Shown here piece after piece: positions 32,701 to 42,400 of a DNA stretch of 47,569 nt; positions within the stretch are counted from its first letter, which is position 1, and the number at the start of each line of letters is the position of its first letter. The notes below the pieces were generated by a model. That model saw only the letters and a list, made by a program, of their open reading frames with translations, was not told the DNA's origin and made no database searches. The DNA lies in NCBI GenBank assembly GCA_964512815.1, contig CAZEKE010000068.1:1-47569 (forward strand). The letters run 5' to 3'. The position numbers and the translations under genes were made by a program. This stretch comes from an uncultured Acidiferrobacteraceae bacterium (GTDB taxonomy: Bacteria > Pseudomonadota > Gammaproteobacteria > Arenicellales > UBA868).

Positions 32701-34702
32701 GTGTAAATGCAGAATTCTTTACATACTGTTGTTTACCAGTTTTTAATCTTTTTATACCTCGAATATTGTCTGTGAATGCTTGAACTTGGAACATCTTACC
32801 ACCATTAGCTCTTTGCTTCCCTCTGGCAACACGAAGATCATCAGTAAACTTTCCGACATTCTTACCAATAGCTATAGTATCCCACAATTGAGCCATTCCA
32901 TAGTGTTCTAGTTCTGTGAACTGAACACCTACTTCATCCATCCCACTCTTAATAGTGTTCTGAAGATCTCTAACTAGAGGTGTGATACGTCCAATCTCAT
33001 CAACCTGTGACTGTGTTAGAGAACTTAGATTATCTGCAATACCTGTATACCCAACTCTTATCGCTCCAATATCAGTGAACTCATTCATAACCTCACCAAC
33101 AGCCCGCCTGATAGTTAAATCTTCAGCAGAGTCCCCAAATATATCCAATAGTTGCAGATTAAAATCTCTCTTAACCCTATTAATAGTAGATTCTACCGAA
33201 TCAGTGGTGGCCCCTTGACGATTGAATAACATATTACCCATCACCTTAGCCCAACCGCCCATTGCATCGAGCCGTGCTACTGTGGTTCCAGCCGTTGCAA
33301 TTTTCATAGTTCTATTGAAGTTATTTATTATACCTTCCTCTAGAGCCATCTTAGCTGTATCCTTTTCAAAGTCTGTAAGCTTGCTTCTTTGTAAAATCTT
33401 TTGATATTGACCAGCCGCTAGACCAGCACCCACTAGACCCATAGTCCAGGCACTACTTTCTTCATCACCTATAAAGCCACTAACCACATAACCACCTACA
33501 CCACCTATCACAGGCCGTGTCAGTTCATGTACCATACGATGGATAATTCCTTCAGTCAGTTTACCACTTGCAGATAAGTCTTCTTGAATAGCAAGTGTTG
33601 AATCCGCTCTACCAACACTTCTATCTTTAACACCTGTCCACATTTTATTATCAGCATCTTCTAATCTTTTCTTTGCAATCTTCAATTCTTTCTTTAATAA
33701 AGATTTCCTAGATCCAGAACCTGTCGCACTTACTAAGGCTCCTAGTTCTACTATCTTATCTCTTAATTTATCTGTTCTACTTCTAATTTTTGTTAGTGCT
33801 GGTTTATTAAGCTCTACATCTTCAACAACACTTCTAGGAACTACGCGCTCGGCTGCTTCCTCTACAGCCTCAAACTCTTCATCACTAGCGCCCATCCAAA
33901 AACGACGCTGATAGTCTCTAACAACATCGCGTGTCGTATCAGATACATTAAGGGGGATAGCTTGTGCGCCAGTAGGAGCATCTAGAATCTCTTCTATCTT
34001 TTGAATACCTGCTGGAGGCACTTTGTTTCTAACAAGGGCGGCACCGAGAGCACCACCAGCGCCACCAAGGATAGTGGCTGCTCCCACAGTCAGTGGGTTT
34101 ACTTCTCCATAAACTAACTGTTCTCTAAGAGCTTCATCGCTTGCAGAGACTCCAGCACCCATTGCTATTGAAGCTATCTTACCAGCTTTAGCAACTTTGG
34201 CCCACGGAAGTACCCATGTTAGCGGGTCAGCAATGGCTACACCTATGCGACCTGTAAGGATTGCAGCATCTTCATCTTGTTGGCGTATGCCTCTAAACTC
34301 TCTAAACTTTTCAAATATATCTCTCTGACGCTCATCTTCTATATCTTGAAGAGCACCTGTAAAAGTTTGGTCGTCTTCTGACACAGTTCTTCCTAGAGCT
34401 TGAGCATACCGAATAATATTACCCGTTAGAGTTGTTTCTTGTTCAGCACCATATAGCATCTTACGTTCTGTAGAGATGTCCTCCATATCAAACTCATCAT
34501 CAGAAGGTTCTAAACCCTCCCAATAGGTAGGATTAGTATACTTATCTAATAGGTCTTCTTCTGGAGCTTCTTCACGGGCCTCAACAACAGGAACAGGAAT
34601 CTTAAATTCCTCTTCTTCCTCTTCTTCCTCTTCTTCATCCTCATATACTAATGAGTCCCAATAAGAAGGATCTGTATATTTGTCTAATGCTGATTCAGCC
34701 AT
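29792..34702 (-). CDS. 1636-aa virion-associated giant protein (internal/ejection protein candidate) with C-terminal HExxH motif
   Basis: Size and position among structural genes. Duplicated N-terminal LDKYT(D/N)P(S/T)YW motif, an E11 run, Gly/Ala-rich hydrophobic segments, and HERMH at 30350-30364. Confidence 0.55.
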   Translation of the reverse strand: MAESALDKYTDPSYWDSLVYEDEEEEEEEEEEFKIPVPVVEAREEAPEEDLLDKYTNPTYWEGLEPSDDEFDMEDISTERKMLYGAEQETTLTGNIIRYAQALGRTVSEDDQTFTGALQDIEDERQRDIFEKFREFRGIRQQDEDAAILTGRIGVAIADPLTWVLPWAKVAKAGKIASIAMGAGVSASDEALREQLVYGEVNPLTVGAATILGGAGGALGAALVRNKVPPAGIQKIEEILDAPTGAQAIPLNVSDTTRDVVRDYQRRFWMGASDEEFEAVEEAAERVVPRSVVEDVELNKPALTKIRSRTDKLRDKIVELGALVSATGSGSRKSLLKKELKIAKKRLEDADNKMWTGVKDRSVGRADSTLAIQEDLSASGKLTEGIIHRMVHELTRPVIGGVGGYVVSGFIGDEESSAWTMGLVGAGLAAGQYQKILQRSKLTDFEKDTAKMALEEGIINNFNRTMKIATAGTTVARLDAMGGWAKVMGNMLFNRQGATTDSVESTINRVKRDFNLQLLDIFGDSAEDLTIRRAVGEVMNEFTDIGAIRVGYTGIADNLSSLTQSQVDEIGRITPLVRDLQNTIKSGMDEVGVQFTELEHYGMAQLWDTIAIGKNVGKFTDDLRVARGKQRANGGKMFQVQAFTDNIRGIKRLKTGKQQYVKNSAFTRDGKFRPLAKHFEQERKLIDADARKFMAENGWIDMDALNVVSTYADKSIKTMEFARVFGANGEFFNHAFRDIRRAFRDAGDPKLQRFEEKYVNQMRDSVDAFWGKYGMGDNAYSSAGATSMATLVFLANTNYLPRVAITSLADLVQPFQNSGIGSSTKALLSRFNPNMVSFSKQVKFKSDNAWEREYSALQAHGGDPFNKWQTRLGDWNQKFFQVVQLQRITLAARNFAYDAGVNQAYKIARNVTRKGGKISKGTREEMGSLGLTGDDLTVLGQFKNVREAFDAGEGNVILDRIGLNAADRDAIVPLVGNRLLFTQSRNPYIRSLGQFLSWAQGKTSQTNSLVARIENGDAKMAVRMLGLTTMYAGVQQLREWAKPTYDENAHDKYSPVSTQGLKEAAELSGNWLPWHINKIVRMFQTPQNADLLANVSPSLGLIEDSWDTTFKIFRNIEDEDTEGVISNLLDVTPGGRELKGYGERSDLFEIRDRPRKGRAIGGLVEDVPGVPEEPDERIDKMTGRPYNEQAGGAFVDEEDRGPTEDLDRLGYAEGGFLSTDKENYLEQWSREGAQAQQQEWIRNQYNNMLGRVNSITGKTQWFKDEDGQPPDFSLLSGVPGQESINTRPVMYREAADNAEMANLRRSLDKMEETEFSHWSQLQLRKTPELQHGGRFGLFAEIGEFAPGRGSRGGENVRMYGMPPEGEVSKYSPIAGMYFRNLDKEGRYADEGSILGSPQHFPEFYEKVTESLPDSVSQEETIRAGDIFVEGQSMLKGSPENTAYTLWHERMHRGMYRSLGQANEYLEQYKKIVHKPEKFWTVNEKRLYEQYSGVLGSTPKEVDRNISVLDGILENGHRYINILEERYRGGVWDMFQSLELYMMELAHKEDLPIGRFTELYRDLHKWKDTLPRERIYTYEQVIPALSNETMQDYVDWSDDRIDELEQAQNIVDAMLSQDESKTRLESIKDFFLGLLFN
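34609..34635. repeat. tandem 9-mer CCTCTTCTT x3 encoding poly-Glu
   Basis: Read directly. Encodes part of the EEEEEEEEEEE run. Confidence 0.7.
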
Positions 34703-34710
34703 ATTAAAGC

Positions 34711-37545
34711 CTATTTAAAAAACCTATCGAGAAGTTTATTTGCCCTTTCCCGTGTTGCTTTGTCAGGGTTGGTATGATGTCCTAAGTAATAAATTTGTAA
34801 AGCTGCCTCTTTTCTATCTTCAACATCAGTAGAAGTTAATAATTTTTTCCACCATTTATCACCTAGGCCCGAAACTGGCGCACCGTCTGAGATAAATGTC
34901 TTCTCTAATAAATCGCCCATTAGTAGTGTGTGTTGCTGTTGAGGTGATAACTGTATAAATAATTCTTGAAATTCTTCTCTAGTAGTAACCTCTCCCATAT
35001 CTTTTCTTAAAGCAGTAGTCCACGCTGCCTCCCCTGCTCTTTTTTCCAGTCTATTTAAAGCAGGAATTACAGAATTTTTAATGAATTGGACTCCTCCAGC
35101 AGCCGAACTGATTTTATTCTTAGCTGAATAATCACTTGAACTCTCAACTTCTACTAGCCAAGATATAAAGTTATCTATAATACTATTTGCTCTGGAATGA
35201 TCTCCTATACCGAGCCTATCATAATGATAGCTTGTTACATTCTCAAACAAAGAAGGTACTTCACCATTTGGCTGTTCCACAGTAGAAGGCTTGAGAGTTT
35301 TTCCAGTTTGCTTCCTACTAGCAAAGTCTACTAAATTATAGTTAACCTCCTCCAACAATGCCAGGTTCTCAGTATTAGACATGAACCAATCTGTAAGCTC
35401 TTTAAAATCTGCGGAGCTACGGAACTTATGTGGGTTCACCAAGTTACGTATAATATGTATACCTTCCTTATTACCTTCCTCATCTTCCTTACCTTGATTG
35501 TTCCAAAATGTTTCTTGGGCTACATCTAGTATATTTTTACCTTGATCTAATAAAGCTTTCTCAAATTCATCTACTTCTTTAACTTTCCAACCTTCAAAAT
35601 GTGTACCCCACCACTTCTTAATAGCCGACTTTGCTTTTTCATTGCCTCGATTAACAAATAGTTCACGACCAACAGGAAGCCATTGTTTTGCTATACCTTC
35701 AGTTAGTTTCTTTCGTGCATTTGTTTGCAAAACATCATATTCTGTTTGAAACATATTAGGTATAGTGATATTCGGATCACCTGTAACAAATTTAGATAGA
35801 TTTAATTCTACGAGAGGTCTAATTTCTTCTTCTTCTAATCGAGTACGAAGTTCTCTAACGTTAGATGGCAAACGAAGGCCAGCTTCATTAAGTACTGGCT
35901 CTACATCATTTATAAAAGAAACGATTGCTTCTGGAGATTCAGTCTCTAACATTTCAAAAACATCTCTTGAAAGATTGTCTAACCTTTCCGTAGACCTAGC
36001 TTGTGCGGATGGTACTCCCTCAGTTATAACTCTAGCCGCCTCACCTAAATTAGAAGAATTAAAAGTAGTTGACATAAGTTCTTCTAAATCTATACCACCA
36101 GTAAGTTGAGGGTTGGTTTCTTTCCACAACCACCAGCCAGTTTCAACATCTCTAGTATCTAAATTATGTCTTAAAATCCCCCGCATATTTGAAAGAACAG
36201 CGGCTTGACCCCTCATTGAGTTAGGATCAAAGATACCCAATCTCTCTAAGTCTTGTGTCCTACCAAGATCCATTAGTCCAGTTATTTGTTCAACTGATTT
36301 CATTTGAGCAGCACCATATATACTTCTTAGTGAATCATCAACAAAAGAGTCCACCCTCGTCATACGTGTTGTATCTTCACCATCTCTTAAATCTTCATAG
36401 GTCATATCATACTCATATTGAGCAATGTGCTCTCTTAGCTGTTCAATTTCTGTCTGAACCGAACTATCATTTTGAATAATAGCCGCAAACAGATCTTGAT
36501 TAGCTTTACTGAGTGAAGGAATATTTATTTTTTCTGTCATTGCATCACTAAAGGCAATTGGATTCGCATCTTTATTGGCTAATACAAAACGTTTAGCAGC
36601 ACTACCATGAGTACCAGCAAGTGCCGACTTTCTCCATGACGCATTTTCTAAATTACGAGTTAGATTATTCCTAGCCTCTACTCTTGTAAGATTTATCTGT
36701 TCACCTAACTTTGGATTATCTGCAATAAGCCTATCAATCTCAGTGGGAATATCATATGCATCACCAACTCTAGATGCTCTATCAATTATAGTTCTAGCCT
36801 CATCTAGCGCCTCTTGCGTGAACTCAATACCAAGCGTATCTTCTAGATTGCGTATGCCCCTTTCCATGACTGTATCACGACTTTCACCTCGTATAAGTCT
36901 TTTAAATAATCTGTATGTGCCTTGACCCCAGTTTCCAGGGACTAATTGCAGACGGGCGATTTCAGCATCCGTTGCTTTCTGTGTAGGAAAGTTACTTGCG
37001 AGTGCCTTTCCTCTAACATACTCATCATAGTCACGCTGAGCTATTTTTTTAGCAACATCTCGTCTATTACCTTGATCTAATAACGCAAGAACATCCGCAT
37101 CAGGCTCACCTACAACATCTCTTAACCCATCATCAAGTTTTGTTAAAGCTCCGTCTTGAAAATAATCATAGACACTGAAACCGGATCGCTTTGCCGCCTC
37201 CTCTACGCCCTTTATCGTTGTCGAAAGATCCTGATAACCTTTAGCAATTAGTTTAACATCTCTACCACCTCTGTTATAACCAACTATCTTACCAGAAGCA
37301 TCACGAATATTTCTACCTTCTGTCGCAAGAAACCTATTCACAGGTTCTTGAAACGGTGCCTTTATAAGCCCTGTAACACCTTCAGCAACAGCAGGACCGA
37401 AAAGAGTTAGAAGAAGCTGTTCGCGTCTAGCCTTCCTTCTCTCCTTTTCCTCTTCTGCACTGGCTTGGCGATACCCTTCACCCATGCTACTTCCCAACAA
37501 TGAAAATGTTTGGAAAAGTTCTCTTGCTTCGTCATTATTTGCCAT
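34711..37545 (-). CDS. 944-aa virion protein with lytic-transglycosylase-like segment
   Basis: WLVEVESSSDYSAKNKISSAAGGVQFIKNS (about 35085-35165) resembles the SLT core ES...S.AGA.GLMQ. Confidence 0.5.
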   Translation of the reverse strand: MANNDEARELFQTFSLLGSSMGEGYRQASAEEEKERRKARREQLLLTLFGPAVAEGVTGLIKAPFQEPVNRFLATEGRNIRDASGKIVGYNRGGRDVKLIAKGYQDLSTTIKGVEEAAKRSGFSVYDYFQDGALTKLDDGLRDVVGEPDADVLALLDQGNRRDVAKKIAQRDYDEYVRGKALASNFPTQKATDAEIARLQLVPGNWGQGTYRLFKRLIRGESRDTVMERGIRNLEDTLGIEFTQEALDEARTIIDRASRVGDAYDIPTEIDRLIADNPKLGEQINLTRVEARNNLTRNLENASWRKSALAGTHGSAAKRFVLANKDANPIAFSDAMTEKINIPSLSKANQDLFAAIIQNDSSVQTEIEQLREHIAQYEYDMTYEDLRDGEDTTRMTRVDSFVDDSLRSIYGAAQMKSVEQITGLMDLGRTQDLERLGIFDPNSMRGQAAVLSNMRGILRHNLDTRDVETGWWLWKETNPQLTGGIDLEELMSTTFNSSNLGEAARVITEGVPSAQARSTERLDNLSRDVFEMLETESPEAIVSFINDVEPVLNEAGLRLPSNVRELRTRLEEEEIRPLVELNLSKFVTGDPNITIPNMFQTEYDVLQTNARKKLTEGIAKQWLPVGRELFVNRGNEKAKSAIKKWWGTHFEGWKVKEVDEFEKALLDQGKNILDVAQETFWNNQGKEDEEGNKEGIHIIRNLVNPHKFRSSADFKELTDWFMSNTENLALLEEVNYNLVDFASRKQTGKTLKPSTVEQPNGEVPSLFENVTSYHYDRLGIGDHSRANSIIDNFISWLVEVESSSDYSAKNKISSAAGGVQFIKNSVIPALNRLEKRAGEAAWTTALRKDMGEVTTREEFQELFIQLSPQQQHTLLMGDLLEKTFISDGAPVSGLGDKWWKKLLTSTDVEDRKEAALQIYYLGHHTNPDKATRERANKLLDRFFK

Positions 37546-37566
37546 CTAGTTTATTCTCCAGATAAA

Positions 37567-38196
37567 TTAAGGTCTTGCCATGAGACTTTGAGGAACCTCT
37601 ATCTCTTGTATTTTGTCAGCTATTTCTGTTGGGAGTGTGTTGGCAGACATTGTACTCGCTATCTTCTCATCTAGTACACGAGTCTTTCTACTTGCCCCTA
37701 ACTTGTATCTTTCCTCATCTTGAAGAGGCTTACCGTATATTTCTTCTTCATCTGCTTCATCATCATCATCTTCAGGAGATATTATTTTAAAATCAATATC
37801 CGCACGTTCTGCTAATGCTATAAGCATATAAGCAGTAGGCTCTATCAAAATAAGCATCAGATCATAATTCCACATACCATCCTGAAAGCCTGAAACTAGA
37901 AGAAGTTTTGTTAGATCCATTACAGGCAAACCCTGTTTTAGAGCAGACATTAAAGCTACATATTTTTGCTCTTCTACAAAACTAGCAAACAGATATTCTA
38001 AGGCATCAGTTTTATCCACAAACTTAGGAGGTTGTTCAAATGGAAGAGGATTCGCAGGATCATTTGTTAAAGATTGTCCAGGCATAGGACGTTCCATCTT
38101 ACCAACGTTCTGCATAAACGCCCCTCTGAGAGGATTCTCATCTGGTGCCGGTACTGCTGCTGCTTCTTCTTCTTCTGTAAATTCTACTTCTGCCAT
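37567..38196 (-). CDS. acidic structural-module protein
   Basis: 209 aa ORF. AGAG SD-like sequence. Confidence 0.5.
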   Translation of the reverse strand: MAEVEFTEEEEAAAVPAPDENPLRGAFMQNVGKMERPMPGQSLTNDPANPLPFEQPPKFVDKTDALEYLFASFVEEQKYVALMSALKQGLPVMDLTKLLLVSGFQDGMWNYDLMLILIEPTAYMLIALAERADIDFKIISPEDDDDEADEEEIYGKPLQDEERYKLGASRKTRVLDEKIASTMSANTLPTEIADKIQEIEVPQSLMARP

Positions 38197-38215
38197 AATA
38201 TATATTCTCTTTTAT

Positions 38216-39361
38216 TTATGCGTATTGTGATTGTTGAGGTCCAAATCTATTCATGTAGGTTTTATAATTACTGCGTCCTCCCCAAAGTCCAGATGTATCT
38301 GCTGGACTAAAATCATATGAGAGGGACATAAAAGATCTAAAATCTAGATCTCCTGCAAGTGGTGCAGGTTCTCCTTGGAATGTTCCTCTCCTTCTAGAAC
38401 CTTCATCAATATCAGGATCATCAAAATATGCTAATGTTCCTACTTTTTGACCAGACAGTAGGCTAAGACCTGCATCTCTTTTAAGAGTTTCTGTAGTTGC
38501 ATCATAAACATCCCTTGGAAGCGCCATTACTGTTTCTTTAGCTTTCTGTGGTAAAGTTTTAGGAGCTTTAGGATCTGGGGCTTTGTACACTCCATCCTTA
38601 GTATGTTTTAGAATTTCCCTTACTCTATCCTCATCTATAGTTTCAATAGATGGATCAACCCTCGGACCTCCAGGGAATTTATGGGATGGATGAGGTGGTG
38701 CAGGTGCTTGGGTTACTATACGATAATTCTCTCTTAATGTTTCCTTACCAAATCTTCCTTCCTGAGAAGGTGTCATAGGAACGGCATCTGAAACAAGTGT
38801 CTCAGTATCAGATAATTTTATAGATGCTGGTATATCAGGTAACGCACTCTCAATACTTTTTGAAAATAAATTACCTGTCGCCTCACCAAGAGCATGAAAA
38901 TTATCTGTTACACCCTTCTGCCACCAATCAGTGGCAGCTTGCTCGAAGCTATAATTTTGTGGAATATTCCAACTTTTTGGCATTGGAATATTTAGAGCTT
39001 GAAGCTTACTACCAGCATAATTTCCAACAGTTTTGAAGAACTCGGTAACAGGCTTAGTAATTGTATTAAATGTTTTCCCAACAAATTGAGAAAATTGTTT
39101 AGCTTTACCAAGTGTCCATGCAGCACCCTCGGCAATCTTTCCAATAGCACCACCTGCCTCTATTCCCCACGAAGCTAGACTACCAATATTAGAGAATAAA
39201 GCACTACCAACAGCAGGTAATATAAAAAACATTGCAACTTGTCCAGCTATACCAAGCTTACCCATAAACTTACCAAACTTATTATAAGCTTTTTTAATAC
39301 CGCTCCCAATCTTTTTTACAGTTCCTTTTAAACCCTTCCAAATTTTACTAAGTAACCCCAT
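38216..39361 (-). CDS. structural-module protein with N-terminal basic and hydrophobic segment
   Basis: 381 aa. N-terminal KIWKGLKGTVKKIGSGIKK followed by a TM-like IAGQVAMFFILPAVGSALF. Confidence 0.5.
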   Translation of the reverse strand: MGLLSKIWKGLKGTVKKIGSGIKKAYNKFGKFMGKLGIAGQVAMFFILPAVGSALFSNIGSLASWGIEAGGAIGKIAEGAAWTLGKAKQFSQFVGKTFNTITKPVTEFFKTVGNYAGSKLQALNIPMPKSWNIPQNYSFEQAATDWWQKGVTDNFHALGEATGNLFSKSIESALPDIPASIKLSDTETLVSDAVPMTPSQEGRFGKETLRENYRIVTQAPAPPHPSHKFPGGPRVDPSIETIDEDRVREILKHTKDGVYKAPDPKAPKTLPQKAKETVMALPRDVYDATTETLKRDAGLSLLSGQKVGTLAYFDDPDIDEGSRRRGTFQGEPAPLAGDLDFRSFMSLSYDFSPADTSGLWGGRSNYKTYMNRFGPQQSQYA

Positions 39362-39418
39362 TACTCTACTTCTCCTATATATCTACGTAAATGATATTTA
39401 TATGTATCGCTCCTTCAG

Positions 39419-42400
39419 CTAGATCCACGTCCCAGTTCTTGGATCATACGTTCTACTGTCTATACCTCCTCCTGTTGTTTCAGGATCGCCCTCTTCTGCG
39501 AAGATACCCTTTAAAGTATCCCAAAATGTATTGTCTCCTGATCCATAAGCCGAATCTGGTAATTCTTTAAGGAAAAACTCACTACCTAAAGCTGTTTCAA
39601 ACATCCTTGAAATCCTGTCCAGACGATTTTGTGAAGTCTGAAATCCAAAAGCTGCATCGTCTCTAAGAGATTGTGCATCAGCAGCCATTTCTGCCATAGT
39701 AGCCTGGAAATTCTGCTGCACTGTCTGTTGATTCGCTGCATTCTGCGCTGCTGTATCAATTGTATTAGCTCTACGTCGCCACTCTACATTAGCTTGTTCT
39801 ACTGCTTGAGCATTGGCAGCGTTCCATTGATCGCGTTGGTACTCCTGTTGTGAGTTAAACTGACTAATCTGAGTAGCTAATTGGTTATTAAATTTCTGCA
39901 CGTCTATTGCATTACCTGCTTCAATAGCAGCCATTCTATTTTCTTCAGTTACATTAAACTGCTCCATTGCATTAAACTGAGCCGTATTAAATTGTTCTAT
40001 CTGAGAAGCAAGACTAGCATTAAACTGATTAATCTGATTCTGTGAACTAGCATTGAACTGATTACCAGCATTAATAGCAGCCTGATCAGAAAGCATTCTT
40101 TGTTGCTCTAACTGAGCATCTAAGACATGTGCTTGTTGCTCATTACTGAGATTAGCCATATCCATAGATAAGAAGTTATTAGCATTAGTTATGGCTAACT
40201 TTGTACGTTGATCTACTGTTGCCATATCAAGCGATGCCATTGCAGTTGCATTTTGCATAGCTTCCTGTTGACGAGCATTGAAATCAGTCATAGTCATACT
40301 TTGCATAAATTGACTATTTGCCATAACTCTTTGTTGCTCAAAGGTAAACAAAGACATATCCATATTAGCATCAATTTGAGCATTAAACATTGCTGCTTGT
40401 TGATCATTGCTAAGTTCCGCAAGTCCCATCTGCTGTGCTAGATTAGCATTTAATTGACCCGCTTGTATCTTAGCTTCAAAGGCTACAAGATCTGCTGTAT
40501 TCTGAGCTGTCATATTTTCAGAATCAGCAGTATTCTTTTGCGTTAAGTTAGCAAGACGTACCTTCTCTTCCATACTAAGGTTGGCAAGATCAGCCTGTTG
40601 TAATAACTCTTGGTTCTGTGACAGAACAGATACAGTTGTATTAAGCTCTTGTAAACGGAAGCGATTGGCCTCTGTAAAGTTTGCTGCATCTGTAGCAGAT
40701 CTATCTGCAAGTTCTGCCATCTCCATCTGTTGTGCATTCGCTAAATTAGCTAGATCCATTTGCTGTGCTAACTCAGCATCTCCCTTCTTAAATTCTACAA
40801 GAGTCTGAAGATTAGCAAGCCTCATTTGCTGCTCATTTGTCATATTAGCTCTTGACATTGTATTTCTTTCGGAGAGTTCTGCAAGTTCCACTCTCAAACC
40901 AGCATCAAGATTAGCCTTAGACATATCCTGATTTAACTCAGCCTGACGCATCTTTCTATTTACTTGAGCATTATACTCTGCAAGTTTACCCTGCTGTTCT
41001 GCTGACATTGATTCAGCATCTGCTCTATTCATCTGCTCTAAATTAGCCAACTCCATTTGTTGACGTAATGTCATATCCTGAGTAATAATCTGCTGGCGCA
41101 TCTGAGCATTTAATGTACCAACTTGTAATTTAGCCTCAAGATTAGATAATTCAGTTTGCTGTGTTGCTGTAAGATTATCAGTTGATGCTTGATTTGATGC
41201 TGCTAAGTTAGCAAGATTAATCTTTTCTTCTGAACTGAAATTAGCCATCTCTGTTTGTTGTCTAATTTGAGCATTCTCAGACATAAATCGAGTATATGTT
41301 TCTAAACGTTGCAGTTCAAATCTATTCTCTTCTGTAAAGTTTGCAGCATCTGTAACTGACCTATCAGACAGTTCAGCCATTCTCATTTGCTGCTCATTGG
41401 ATAAGTTTGCCATATCCATAGCTTGAGCCATTGCAGCATCAGTCTTTCTAAAATCTACCAAGACATTTAAATTTGCCAAACGCATTCTATTTTCTTCAGT
41501 CATACTTGCTCGATCAGTAGCGTTTTGCTCTGTCAAGTTTTTAAGATCAGTCTGAACTTCAGAACTTAGATCTGCGAGATCCATATCTGTAGCTAACTCT
41601 GCTTGACGTATAACTTTGGCAATCTCAGCTTGGTATTCTGCCAAACGACCTTGTTCATTCGTTGACATAGTTTCTCGACCAAGAGAAAACTTATATTGCA
41701 ATTCAGCTAGGTCTTTTTGAGTTGCACCATCAAATGTCGCAATCGCAGCTTGCTGTGCTTGCTGTGCAATTTGAGCCTGTCTAGCTTGCTCACCACCAAA
41801 TTCTTGAATATATCTTTCTTGTTGTTGTTGTGCTTTTATGATCCTAGATTCTTGTTGAACCTCATTACGATGCATCTTAACTTGTTGAGCCATCTGCGCT
41901 GATTGAGATTCAGAAGTTTGCTGATTAGCTAGATTTTGCATACGAATCTGCTGTGTACTCTCAGCCGCCGATAACTGTGCTCTTTGATCGCCTGTCAAAC
42001 GTGCCATTGCATCCTGCTTTACAGTATCTGCATTAGCATGTGCCATTGGTAAAGCACTTTGAATAATAGCATCAAAGAGAGCATCTCTTCCTACAGTGGA
42101 GGCACTAAGACCTCTTGCAGCCATCATCTGATCTACAGCATTAACAGCAGGTCTAGCCCATATAGGTATCGCTCCATTATCCATACCCGCTACAAGACTT
42201 TGCATTTGTACTGATACTAAAGCTTCTTGAGGCATAGCTGCTAGATTTAAAGTTACAGTAGGATCAGGATCTTGATCCAATTGAGCCGTAACAGCAGTAG
42301 CATCTTCTGCTAAATCATGAGCAATATTCTCAGGAATATCAGCCGTTACTTGTGCCATACTTGCAGCACTAGCTATTCTATCTGTTACAATAACATCATC

